Part shown: positions 40,244-49,779 of the stretch, piece after piece | Numbering within the stretch: position 1 is the stretch's first letter | How the letters are laid out: the number at the start of each line of letters is the position of its first letter | DNA from: Puia sp. | Lineage (GTDB): Bacteria; Bacteroidota; Bacteroidia; Chitinophagales; Chitinophagaceae | Direction of reading: 5' to 3' | NCBI GenBank assembly: GCA_035541355.1 | Contig: DATKNN010000013.1 | Location: forward strand, 80,922-144,921 | Length of the DNA: 64,000 bases | Translations under genes and position numbers: made by a program | Notes under the pieces: model-generated | What the model saw: the letters and a program-made list of their open reading frames with translations, nothing else | Told to the model about the DNA's origin: nothing | Database searches by the model: none

Positions 40244-41944
40244 TTAAATATTCATCTTCTTCATTTCGTTCACTGCATAATCGCAGGCCCTTGCAGTCAG
40301 CGCCATATAAGTAAGTGAAGGGTTAACGCAGTTGGATGATGCCATACACGAACCATCTGTTATAAAAACATTTTTCACTTCATGCATCTGGTTGTAACCA
40401 TTCAGCACCGAAGTTTTAGGATCGCGTCCCATTCTGGCAATACCCATTTCATGATTGGCATTACCGGGAAATGACATGTTATTGCTTATGCGGATGTTTT
40501 TAAAGCCTGCAGCTTCCAGCATTTCTTTTACTGCAGCTTCGCAGTCTTTATTCATCAGCTTTTCATTTTCTTTAAACGCACAATCTACTGCAACCAACGG
40601 CCTGCCCCATTTGTCTTTTTTATCGTGATTAAGGGTAACACGATTATCAGCATAAGGGAGGCATTCGCCAAAAGTATATAACCCTATTTCCCATCCGCCC
40701 GGAACACACATTGCCGCTTTAAGAGATTGGCCGGTTTCACTATCCCCTGCCCGTCGGGGCCGGGATGCACTTGCGCCGACATAATAGCCACGCAAAAAAG
40801 GAGCGTCCTTTTTTTTCAGATTCCTGAAACGTGGAATAAAAGCGGGTGTCGGTCTTCTTCCATAATAATAACTGTCTTCAAAGCCATCCACCGAAGCGGA
40901 AGCAGAAACGCCTTTGTGGTGGTCCATCAGGTTCCTGCCCACCTGGTCGCTGCCATTACCAAGACCGTTAGGGAACCTGGAAGAAGTTGAATTCAACAGA
41001 ATGAAAGCTGTTGCAACTGTTGCTGCATTAAGAAAAATTATTTTAGAATAAAATTCGATAGTTTGATTGGTATTGGTGTCAATGATTTCCACACCAGTTG
41101 CTCTGTGTTTCCTTTCATCATAAAGCACCCGGTTCACTAAAGCATGCGGACGTAGTGTTAAATTACCTGTGGCAAATGCAGCAGGCATAGTGCTGGCATT
41201 AGTACTGAAATAGGCCCCGAACGGACACCCGCGGTGACAAAGATCTCTTGCCTGGCACTGACCTCTTCCTTTAACCGGTTTAGTTAGGTTTGCCGTACGG
41301 CCCATGATTACCTTTCGATCGGTGTATTTTTTTTCAATAGATTCCTTAAAATATTTTTCTACTGCATTCATCTGGAAAGCCGGCTGAAAAACCCCATCGG
41401 GCAAATGCGCAATGCCATCTGCGTTTCCACTTACCCCGATAAATGATTCCACATAATCATACCACGGAGCAATATCTTTATACCTGACAGGCCAGTCAAT
41501 ACCGATACCTTCTTTCAGGTTTGCTTCAAAATCCAGATCACTCCACCGGTAACAGGCTCTCGACCACAGCAAGGAACGGCCCCCAACAATATTAGCCCTG
41601 ATCCAATCAAACCGCTTTATTTCTTCATAAGGGTTTTCACTGTCATTGATATAAAAATGTTTATTGTCTTCCCTGAACGACCAATGCCTGCTCTGCACAT
41701 AATTTATTTTTTTGTCTTCCTGTGTTACATGCAGGTGATGATTAAACTCCCATGGATCTTTGGTTGCTGTGGGATAGTCGGGATGAATAATATTCCCTCC
41801 CCGCTCCAGCAAAAGCACTTTTAACCCTTTTTCACAAAGTTCTTTGGCAGCCCATCCGCCAGTAATACCTGAACCGACAATGATTGCATCATAACTATTC
41901 TGATTTTTTGCCTTATTGTTAAGTAATAAAGTATCGCCTGGCAT
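40244..41944 (-). CDS. GMC family FAD oxidoreductase (glycoside 3-dehydrogenase-like)
   Basis: IIVGSGITGGWAAKEL Rossmann motif, GGRSLLWSR, CQARDLCHRGC Cys cluster, HEMG and NPSLTYMALTARA. Confidence 0.92.
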   Translation of the reverse strand: MPGDTLLLNNKAKNQNSYDAIIVGSGITGGWAAKELCEKGLKVLLLERGGNIIHPDYPTATKDPWEFNHHLHVTQEDKKINYVQSRHWSFREDNKHFYINDSENPYEEIKRFDWIRANIVGGRSLLWSRACYRWSDLDFEANLKEGIGIDWPVRYKDIAPWYDYVESFIGVSGNADGIAHLPDGVFQPAFQMNAVEKYFKESIEKKYTDRKVIMGRTANLTKPVKGRGQCQARDLCHRGCPFGAYFSTNASTMPAAFATGNLTLRPHALVNRVLYDERKHRATGVEIIDTNTNQTIEFYSKIIFLNAATVATAFILLNSTSSRFPNGLGNGSDQVGRNLMDHHKGVSASASVDGFEDSYYYGRRPTPAFIPRFRNLKKKDAPFLRGYYVGASASRPRRAGDSETGQSLKAAMCVPGGWEIGLYTFGECLPYADNRVTLNHDKKDKWGRPLVAVDCAFKENEKLMNKDCEAAVKEMLEAAGFKNIRISNNMSFPGNANHEMGIARMGRDPKTSVLNGYNQMHEVKNVFITDGSCMASSNCVNPSLTYMALTARACDYAVNEMKKMNI

Positions 41945-42067
41945 AGATCATTTTTTTTGAAAGATTGAAAAGTGAGAAATGAAAATTAAGCGCACAAATA
42001 AATGATAGAATTTCTTTTACATATATCCTGCACCTGACTTCCCGTATTTGCCTTTTTCATTTCACCC

Positions 42068-42988
42068 TCACTGTTTATTAAAGTGTTCCATCATTTTTTT
42101 TGAAAAATCTGCAAGGGCTAACTCAGGCGAGGCAATTTCCGGGTGCCACATCTTCTCCCATTCAAAACTGAAATACCCTTTATATCCGTCACCGGACAAA
42201 TAATCAATTGCGCCAAAAACAGGGGTTTCGCCCTCCCCTAAAAAAACATAATTTATTTTTCCGTCATTAATCTTCGCGTCTTTTATATGTGTGTGCCTGA
42301 TGTATTTTTTTAAACGGCGGTATGCCTCTGCAGGAGGCTCTTTGGTAATGGTCCACATATTCACGACATCCCAGATCATACCTGTATGTTTATTTTCAGC
42401 GAACTGCATTACTTTTTCAATATCCTCTATGTGTACCAGATCTCCATGCGATTCAACTAGCACAGTTACATTACTTCCTTTTGCATAATCTGCAAGAAAA
42501 AGCAATCCTTGAACAATCAAATCAATGGTTGCATTTTTTTCCTGATCTTTAGGAAAATTATTCGGAAATACCCTTACATACGGGCAATTCAGTTGCACGG
42601 CAAGGTCAATGAACCGTTTCCCATCATCTAAATTCTTTTCTCTTTCCGCTCCCTTTGGGAAATGCAGGGTGGCGGAAGAACCCAGGTCGGAAAATTTAAG
42701 GTTTTGATCTTCCATCATCCGCAATGTTGTTTTTATATTTTCGGCATTGCTGAATTCATGGCATTTCGGCAAATCAAGTTCCCGTTTTATACCGCGGATT
42801 TCAATAGCATCATAATAATGAGCGGCAGCAAAATCAATAATCCGGCTAAATTCCCAATCAGGGCAGCCCAGCGTAGAAAAAGACAAAAGCGGTTTATACT
42901 TTACCGCATTAAATGAAGAAGGAATAACAGCGGAAGTCAGCAATATGGCAGAAGATTGCAGAAATTCCCTGCGAGATGAAGATTTCAT
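42068..42988 (-). CDS. Sugar phosphate isomerase/epimerase (AP endonuclease 2 TIM barrel) with Tat-type signal
   Basis: SSRREFL twin-arginine motif; VESHG, WD, HTHIKD and SFEWE metal-binding motifs. Confidence 0.88.
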   Translation of the reverse strand: MKSSSRREFLQSSAILLTSAVIPSSFNAVKYKPLLSFSTLGCPDWEFSRIIDFAAAHYYDAIEIRGIKRELDLPKCHEFSNAENIKTTLRMMEDQNLKFSDLGSSATLHFPKGAEREKNLDDGKRFIDLAVQLNCPYVRVFPNNFPKDQEKNATIDLIVQGLLFLADYAKGSNVTVLVESHGDLVHIEDIEKVMQFAENKHTGMIWDVVNMWTITKEPPAEAYRRLKKYIRHTHIKDAKINDGKINYVFLGEGETPVFGAIDYLSGDGYKGYFSFEWEKMWHPEIASPELALADFSKKMMEHFNKQ

Positions 42989-43135
42989 GCGCAAACCGTT
43001 TAAATGATTACTCAAGTTACGGAATTGCAAAGAATTTTATCATCCAGACAGCGAAAACATGTTTCACTATTTTCGGTTGTACATCAACGTTTGAAGCAAA
43101 CCATAAGCTGCTTTACAGAAACGAATTATAAAAAC

Positions 43136-43516
43136 CTATATCCATTTGGCCGAATAGCTCTGAAATTCGCTCCTCAATTCTTTCATCACTTTTTCAAATG
43201 CCTTTATCTTTTCTTCTGTATCGTTGTATTGTGCAATCCTGTCTGTATGCACACGCCCTTTATGATCTTTCGCATCAACAAACACTTCATGCGCGCTTTC
43301 ATTAATCATATGTTTCAGTTCATCGATATTATTCCTTTGTATAATAAACTGGTTTTGGAAATGTTCGATTCCAGCACTGGCATCTGTACTGGTATTTTTT
43401 GAAGCTATTTCTGTCAGTCTTTTATTCAGTACAACCAGGTCATCTTTATAAAAATCAAGTTTATTCAGCCATTCGCGGTGATCGGTTCCAAGTTGGTCGG
43501 TATTTACATAACTCAT
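43136..43516 (-). CDS. Hypothetical all-helical cytoplasmic protein (paralog 1)
   Basis: 126-aa ORF with heptad-like amphipathic pattern; 19 identities over 64 ungapped positions with 45741..46127. Confidence 0.85.
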   Translation of the reverse strand: MSYVNTDQLGTDHREWLNKLDFYKDDLVVLNKRLTEIASKNTSTDASAGIEHFQNQFIIQRNNIDELKHMINESAHEVFVDAKDHKGRVHTDRIAQYNDTEEKIKAFEKVMKELRSEFQSYSAKWI

Positions 43517-43581
43517 AATCTGAATTTTTAAGTGTTTATTAATTCTATATCCAAAGCTTAAAAAAACAGACTAATACCGCT

Positions 43582-43617
43582 ATGATCAATATCAAACTGA
43601 TTCATGACAAAACTCAG
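43582..43617. promoter_or_regulatory. Two tandem Crp/Fnr-like boxes upstream of helical paralog 1
   Basis: ATGAT-CAAT-ATCAA (43582-43595) and ATGAC-AAAA-CTCAG (43604-43617), centres 22 nt apart, 65-100 nt upstream of the ATG at 43516. Confidence 0.5.
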
Positions 43618-43736
43618 TCGAACGAGCAGGCCGTTATCTTACCCCATTTGTCCAATCTGATAATACAGGATGTTTTCATACAAAATTCAATGTCTACAAC
43701 AAGCCAAATAAACCGGGTTGTAAAACAGTTCTGAAA

Positions 43737-44351
43737 TCATTCCCTGTTTAATCTTTTTAATTTTTGTTTGAGGTTCTCGAAAGTTTCCAGCGGACCTTTG
43801 GTAGAAAAAATATTCATCAGCCATGCCGGCACATTACCCCCCGGATCCAGTTCCAATATGTATACAAGATGAATTTTATTACCTGCCATGGCTTTAATGT
43901 CCCAGGTACCCCTTGATAAGGGGATACGGACGATATTCTTTTTTTCAGGCATATAATTCCTGATACTTTCCGAAACAACCTTCAGCGAATGCGAAGATGA
44001 GTCATGAATAATTTTACAATGCGCATAAAAATCCCTGTCGCTCGCGGGCCATGGCACATCAATCACTGAATAATAAACAAAATCATAATGATTTATTTTT
44101 TTAACAATTATACTTGTCTTCGTACCATATGCCCACTCGGTATACTTTTCCGCATCTGCAAGTATAGCAGCAACCTGGTTAAGCGTTCCATGCAAATCAA
44201 CTTCAATTTTAATATCATTAAATTTTGATTGCTGGGACGGCCTGTTGTACATCCTGATTCCATCCTGTTCCTTTACAAACTGCCATGTACCCTGCATATC
44301 CCGCACGTTTGCAAAAGACAGTACAAGAAAAAAAAGTAAGAAGGCTTTCAT
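43737..44351 (-). CDS. START domain lipid-binding protein
   Basis: Signal peptide, WQFVKEQDGIRMY, VPWPASDRDF and DPGGNVPAWLMN motifs. Confidence 0.88.
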   Translation of the reverse strand: MKAFLLFFLVLSFANVRDMQGTWQFVKEQDGIRMYNRPSQQSKFNDIKIEVDLHGTLNQVAAILADAEKYTEWAYGTKTSIIVKKINHYDFVYYSVIDVPWPASDRDFYAHCKIIHDSSSHSLKVVSESIRNYMPEKKNIVRIPLSRGTWDIKAMAGNKIHLVYILELDPGGNVPAWLMNIFSTKGPLETFENLKQKLKRLNRE

Positions 44352-44627
44352 GCCCGGCTCGTTTAAACTGTTAACAGAATTAATACCTGCTTTTAAAATT
44401 AATCAAAAGGAAAAAAATGAACCGGGGGCGAATGTTAAATTATTGTATTTACCGGATAAAAATTAGCTGAATAAATACAGGTAAACCCAATAAGTGTAAT
44501 ACAGAACTTCATTCAGGCAGAAAGGAAATTTTTCAACAGATCATGATGAGGTGTATGCAAATTTTTGTAAATAACGATTTACGTCAAGTAATCGGCAATA
44601 AGCTGCAGGGAACTATTTAATCTAAAA

Positions 44628-45566
44628 TTATTTTGCAGGCGTAATAATAATGTTCCGGTAGTCAATCGGCCCATGATCCCCCTGGATCAGCAAAGGGCCT
44701 GGCTGCCCTTCATCACTGTTGATTGCCCCCCCCGTAATTCCGGGTATTTCGCGGTTACATATTACCGTTACTCCATTAAGAACAACGGTAACCATCCTGC
44801 CGACCAGCGTAATATCATACGACTGCCATTCACCAGCATCTTTTGCAGGCATTGAGCTTGGGGCAATAAATCCATAAACAGCGCCGAGCAAACCCACTTC
44901 TGGTTCTTTGCCTTTGCTGTCTTCTACCTGTACTTCATAACGGCCACGGAGATAAACGCCGCTGTTGCTTTCTTTAGGATAACGAAATTCAATATGTAGT
45001 TTAAAATCGGAGAACATCTGGTCCGTAACCAGGTTCGCTCCCGAATGCGGGCTGCGCAGGATACCGCTCGCTACCACCCACTGGTTTTCGCCAAGCGCGT
45101 GCCAACCCTTTAAATCCTTACCATTAAATAAGGTAACAGGCGCACCCCAAACCGGTTTTGCTGTACGTTTTAATAATGGTGCCCGATGTGCATCCCAGGT
45201 AAAACCAGTACCGTCACTTGCAACACCGGTTCCGCTTAAACTGTCCCCCTGCAAAGTCCCTTCAATAGACATATTATTATCCGTATTCTCCCATTGCGGA
45301 GGAATAGAAAAACTCATCTTATTGTCAGCAAAATTTACTTTTGAAATAGGCCGGGCACTTCCTCCCGCGCCCACATATCTTCCTACCAGGGTACGCAAGC
45401 CTGAGTGAAGCACTTCGAGCCACGAAGGAAGATCCTTTCCTTTAATGTGCATTGTCATATCCCACCTGCCTTCCAGTGGAGAATGTTGTTGCGCGAACAA
45501 TGCAATATTATTGCCGAGTAATAATATTGCAACTATCATCAATATTTTAGGGTTTGATTTATTCAT
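44628..45566 (-). CDS. DUF1080 (3-keto-disaccharide hydrolase-like) protein with an extra N-terminal domain
   Basis: LFNGKDLKGW, FSDFKLHIEF, NSGVYLRG, YEVQ, GEWQ and LIQGDHG motifs; signal peptide. Confidence 0.92.
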   Translation of the reverse strand: MNKSNPKILMIVAILLLGNNIALFAQQHSPLEGRWDMTMHIKGKDLPSWLEVLHSGLRTLVGRYVGAGGSARPISKVNFADNKMSFSIPPQWENTDNNMSIEGTLQGDSLSGTGVASDGTGFTWDAHRAPLLKRTAKPVWGAPVTLFNGKDLKGWHALGENQWVVASGILRSPHSGANLVTDQMFSDFKLHIEFRYPKESNSGVYLRGRYEVQVEDSKGKEPEVGLLGAVYGFIAPSSMPAKDAGEWQSYDITLVGRMVTVVLNGVTVICNREIPGITGGAINSDEGQPGPLLIQGDHGPIDYRNIIITPAK

Positions 45567-45740
45567 AATAAAAGTTTTCTGAAAATAAAGGCATGAATGT
45601 ACAAAAGAAAATTTTATACAACAGCAATAATATACCGGCCTATCTGACCTTTACGCCGTCTGTCAGGTTTTTCCTGTAGCTGTATTTTATTTTGTTCCTT
45701 CGTATCGAACAAATTATTAACTTTATAGGAAACGATTGTT

Positions 45741-46127
45741 ATGCTGTCAACACCTTCAATAATGGGGCTACATCTTCATTACAGGCTTTGGATATCGGAA
45801 TTAAACCAGGATATCACTGTTCTTCGCATTTTTAACGATTACCTTCAGGAGATAAAGAACAGGAAGGTTGAACCAGAAATACAAAACCGGGTTAACAGAT
45901 TCAAAATGCAGTTCTCCGATTTAAGAAACGAAATAGATGAACTCCGGCACCAGATGCACCTGAACAAAATGAAACTTGCTGCGGAATCAAGAGAAGGCTT
46001 AAAAATCAGCATGGAAGAAATGGAATCCGACAACCATAATGATGTAGAAAACCGCTACAATACTTTCCGTAAATCTTTCGACCGGATGAAAAATGATTTT
46101 ATCCATTTCGAAAGCCAAAGCCTGTAG
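45741..46127 (+). CDS. Hypothetical all-helical cytoplasmic protein (paralog 2)
   Basis: 128-aa ORF homologous to 43136..43516 (shared R-x-W, L-x-EI, F-xx-QF, RNxIDELxH). Confidence 0.82.
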   Translation: MLSTPSIMGLHLHYRLWISELNQDITVLRIFNDYLQEIKNRKVEPEIQNRVNRFKMQFSDLRNEIDELRHQMHLNKMKLAAESREGLKISMEEMESDNHNDVENRYNTFRKSFDRMKNDFIHFESQSL

Positions 46128-46232
46128 AATCAGCTCCCATCATTAATCAAATAAGTGCATTTCCACACAAACTGATTTCAGTTTTTCATGTAACTTCAGC
46201 AGCTAAAATTTTCATTTACCAAAATTATCAAA

Positions 46233-47645
46233 ATGAGAAAGCTGCTTATTGCATGTCCTTTTGCTGCAATTATTTTATTCAGTTGCTCCACTTCGCAAAA
46301 CAAAGAAGAAAAAAAAGACAGGTTATCCAAAGCTTCGAGGGAAAATAAAAATGGGTGGATTTATGTACATCTTGAGGGATCGCCTTCCGATATCGGTTAC
46401 CAGCATGGTTATTTATTGGCTAACGATATTGACACCAATATCCAATCACTCTCCTATTTTCTTGATCACGAAACGCACAGGAACTGGCAGTTTTACCGCA
46501 ATGCGGCGAAAAGTTTTTTATGGGATAAGCTTGACCGTGAATACAAAGATGAGATCAACGGGATAGTAGAAGGGCTACAGGCAAAGAATATAAAATACGA
46601 CAGTCTGGATATTACTGCATTGAATGCCCAGGAAGAGCTGGCTTACTACTATGTTCCTGCATTAGACAATCTTGCCAAACCGGGAAGCGGCATGAACAAG
46701 GCTCCGGGTAATTGCAGCGCATTTATTGCAACAGGCAGCTATACCAAAGACGGCAAAATTGTAATGGGGCATAATAACTGGACCTATTATATCGTAGGGC
46801 AGCATTGGAATGTAATTGCAGATATTGTTCCTGAAAAAGGCCATCGGATCATGATGGATTGCATGCCCGGCTACATTCACAGCGGAGATGATTTTGCTAT
46901 TTCCGATACCGGCATACTCATTACAGAAACCACCATCACCCAATTTTATCTTTTTGATTCCACCGGCATACCTGAGTTCATGCGTGCACGCAAGGCGTCA
47001 CAATATGCCAATAATATTGACGACGTGATCAAAATTTTCACTACGGGTAACAATGGCGGTTATGCCAACGACTGGCTGATCGGCGATACCAAAACAAATG
47101 AAGTGGCAAAACTTGAATTAGGCCTGAAAGATTACCGTATCTGGAGAAGTAAAGATACAGCGATGATCGGTTCGAATTTTCCGAGTGACCCCAAGCTGAT
47201 AAAAGAAGAAACAACGTTTAACGTGAATGATGCTACCACCTCGCCCAATGCCAGAAAAAAACGCATGGAACAATTGGTGGAAATTGACCTGAAAGGGAAA
47301 ATGGATGCAGAAACAGGAAAAAAAGTGGAAGAGGACCATGTTGATGCTCTGCAAAATAAAAATGCCAATAACCGCTGCGTGGTATGCGGGCATATTGATG
47401 AAGATCCTAAAGGTTGTGCCGAATGGGACCTGAAGCCCTATTATCCAATGGGGGCCGTGCAGGGAAAAGTAACTACTGCTGACCTTGCAGCGAATATGCA
47501 GTTATGGGCGAGAAAAGGGCATCCTTGTGGCCAGGACTTTATAGGCGAAAAATTCTATAAGGCACACCCGGAATATTCCTGGATGTCAAAATATCTCAAC
47601 AATATGGTTGCTTATCCATGGACGTTATTTTCTGCAAAAAAATAG
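46233..47645 (+). CDS. Ntn-hydrolase lipoprotein, phospholipase B-like / peptidase C45 family
   Basis: Lipobox LFSC; GWIYVHLEG...GYQHG; PGN-CSAFIATG autoproteolytic Cys nucleophile site; GHNNW; NGGYANDW. Confidence 0.82.
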   Translation: MRKLLIACPFAAIILFSCSTSQNKEEKKDRLSKASRENKNGWIYVHLEGSPSDIGYQHGYLLANDIDTNIQSLSYFLDHETHRNWQFYRNAAKSFLWDKLDREYKDEINGIVEGLQAKNIKYDSLDITALNAQEELAYYYVPALDNLAKPGSGMNKAPGNCSAFIATGSYTKDGKIVMGHNNWTYYIVGQHWNVIADIVPEKGHRIMMDCMPGYIHSGDDFAISDTGILITETTITQFYLFDSTGIPEFMRARKASQYANNIDDVIKIFTTGNNGGYANDWLIGDTKTNEVAKLELGLKDYRIWRSKDTAMIGSNFPSDPKLIKEETTFNVNDATTSPNARKKRMEQLVEIDLKGKMDAETGKKVEEDHVDALQNKNANNRCVVCGHIDEDPKGCAEWDLKPYYPMGAVQGKVTTADLAANMQLWARKGHPCGQDFIGEKFYKAHPEYSWMSKYLNNMVAYPWTLFSAKK

Positions 47646-47691
47646 CAGCAACATGTTTGAACTATACCCCTGTATTTGCCTGAAAACATTT

Positions 47692-48081
47692 TCAGGCAAA
47701 TACAAATTTTTTCTGGATAAGATAATTATAACTTAGCCCAATGATAACAGAAGTAATTATTTTGGAAAGAATAAAGCCCGGATGAAAATAATGCATAAAA
47801 AAATATACCCCCGCTGCCTGTAGTAAAATATTCCCTGACCAGAACAACACATACTTCACTATTTGCAGGTATACATTTACGTTAGTTGCTTTAAAAACCC
47901 AGTTCCTCGACAAAATAAACTGAACTACCGACCCGATGATATTACCGCCCGCATTTCCCTGAATATACCAGCAATGGAATACATGGACGAAGATAATTGA
48001 CACCAGGAAATCCGCTATCGAACCGATGATGGCTGCAGCCTGGGCTCTTACATAAGTAAACATGATTTTAAAATTAATCAT
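47692..48081 (-). CDS. GtrA family membrane protein
   Basis: Four TMs, QFILSRNWVF and YNYLIQKKFVF motifs. Confidence 0.88.
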   Translation of the reverse strand: MINFKIMFTYVRAQAAAIIGSIADFLVSIIFVHVFHCWYIQGNAGGNIIGSVVQFILSRNWVFKATNVNVYLQIVKYVLFWSGNILLQAAGVYFFMHYFHPGFILSKIITSVIIGLSYNYLIQKKFVFA

Positions 48082-48231
48082 TCGGTATTACTAACCGGAT
48101 TTTGCTCCATTAGCTTTATGTTATCTTATTTTGGAAGGGAAGGGCGTATTATGTCAGTAACACGACATATTTTTTACACCCATCAGTTTAATTTTAGTAA
48201 CACCAATACATTCTACAATCCCTGTAATGAC

Positions 48232-48984
48232 ATGATATTACTCGAAAAAAAATCTTTTATGTGGCTTATTTTTCTTTCGGCCATGCCCTTGGTTACCGGT
48301 TTTCAAAAAACATCAACAAATCGCAGCTTGCCGGGGTTTGCGGTGGTTGAGTTATTTACTTCCGAAGGATGCAGCAGTTGCCCCCCTGCAGATGAAGCGG
48401 TAAAGGACATAGCCGGAAAGTATAAACTCAATGTTTTTGTATTAGGGTTCCACGTTGATTATTGGAATTACCTCGGATGGAAAGACCCGTTCAGCAAACC
48501 TGATTACTCCGAAAGACAAAAGCAATATGCCCTGATATTTTCCCTGAATACGATTTATACCCCGCAGATTATTGTAAACGGCAAAACTGAATTTGTTGGT
48601 TCCGATAAAAACAAACTCGAAGAAACAGTTACCAGGGAATTAAAGATGGTTGTTGGCTCACCCATTCAACTATATGCGAAAGAAGAAAGAGATAATGAAA
48701 TAGAAGTAAAATATAATACTGAAAAAACACAAGGTGATATTATAAACATTGCCCTAGTTCAAGTACAGGCAGAAAATAATATTTCAGAAGGAGAAAATGA
48801 AGGAAAAGTTTTACATCATATTAATGCAGTGAGGGACTTCAAAATAGGTGAGCTTAACGGCTCAGGCCCTGTATTATTACATTTTCCCGCAGGTTTGTCA
48901 AAAAAGGATTGTAAGATTATTGCTTTTCTACAAGACAAAAAAACAATGCGTATATTATCTGCCGCTTCAGCTGATATTTATTAG
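48232..48984 (+). CDS. DUF1223 thioredoxin-like secreted protein
   Basis: VVELFTSEGCSSCPPAD, FHVDYWNYLGWKDPFS, IYTPQIIVNG. Start taken at MILLEKK. Confidence 0.9.
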   Translation: MILLEKKSFMWLIFLSAMPLVTGFQKTSTNRSLPGFAVVELFTSEGCSSCPPADEAVKDIAGKYKLNVFVLGFHVDYWNYLGWKDPFSKPDYSERQKQYALIFSLNTIYTPQIIVNGKTEFVGSDKNKLEETVTRELKMVVGSPIQLYAKEERDNEIEVKYNTEKTQGDIINIALVQVQAENNISEGENEGKVLHHINAVRDFKIGELNGSGPVLLHFPAGLSKKDCKIIAFLQDKKTMRILSAASADIY

Positions 48985-49105
48985 CGTTCGCTAACGTGTA
49001 GGCCTACCCGTTTAGTGAACTTACCATAATTGACCGTAATAATACGAATCATAAAAATTAATGGATAAAATATCATAATGGTATGTTCTTTGCGTTTATA
49101 AAAAT

Positions 49106-49345
49106 GTGAACCCATCTACTTTTTCAATACCCTTTGAGTTTAACGGCAAACAATATGTTTGTGAGATAAACCCAATCAAAAAGCACAGTTCCACCCCAAG
49201 AACTTTTCAAATCACGTTGAATGATGTTTATTTTGGAATTATCACTTTTACCGGCAAAGCATGGGAAAGCGATACTCGTAAAAACAGCCTGGTTGAAAAA
49301 ATAGGCAGCCTCATACACGAATTCCTGCCTATACAACCAGATTAA
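49106..49345 (+). CDS. Small hypothetical protein (79 aa)
   Basis: GTG start, protein-like beta-beta-helix pattern, fills an otherwise empty gap and is co-oriented with its neighbours. Confidence 0.55.
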   Translation: MNPSTFSIPFEFNGKQYVCEINPIKKHSSTPRTFQITLNDVYFGIITFTGKAWESDTRKNSLVEKIGSLIHEFLPIQPD

Positions 49346-49390
49346 TTATCCATTTCCCGGATAAAATTATCTGCAAAGATTGAACGAACA

Positions 49391-49413
49391 TTTAAATTGC
49401 ATATGCATTTAAA
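49391..49413. promoter_or_regulatory. Operator-like palindrome directly upstream of the SMR gene
   Basis: TTTAAA-T-TGCATATGCA-TTTAAA: perfect 10-bp core with TTTAAA arms and a 1-nt offset, 10 nt before the ATG. Confidence 0.4.
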
Positions 49414-49423
49414 CATATAACCT

Positions 49424-49744
49424 ATGCATTGGCTTTTTCTGATTCTATCCGCCATGTGCGATGCCGTTTATAATGTTTTTTTAAAACGCACCAACAGTTT
49501 TTATGATTGGGGGAACCTTCTTTTTACAGCCTTATTCCTGGCGGGCAGTGTAATCGGGTTTAAAAAAGGAATCAACGGTATTCAGCTGGGCATTGCCATG
49601 GCCGTGTGGTCCGGTGTTGCAATTATTGGTACTGTTCTGCTTGATATAGTTATTTATAAAGCAAAAATCGATTTTAAAATCGGTTTTTTCATGCTGCTCT
49701 GCGTCATCTCAATCATCGGGTTGAATTATTATTCGCATAAATAA
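49424..49744 (+). CDS. Small multidrug resistance (SMR/DMT) family transporter
   Basis: 106 aa, four TMs, IQLGIAMAVWSGVAIIG dimerisation motif; Asp13 at the conserved Glu position. Confidence 0.85.
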   Translation: MHWLFLILSAMCDAVYNVFLKRTNSFYDWGNLLFTALFLAGSVIGFKKGINGIQLGIAMAVWSGVAIIGTVLLDIVIYKAKIDFKIGFFMLLCVISIIGLNYYSHK

Positions 49745-49779
49745 TAACTACCACGTTGATGCATATCCCAAAACAGCTA

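Noticed and set aside
49346-49423. Guanidine riboswitch upstream of the SMR gene
   Set aside because: None of the ykkC, mini-ykkC or ykkC-III conserved strings is recognisable; the spacer is short and AT-rich.
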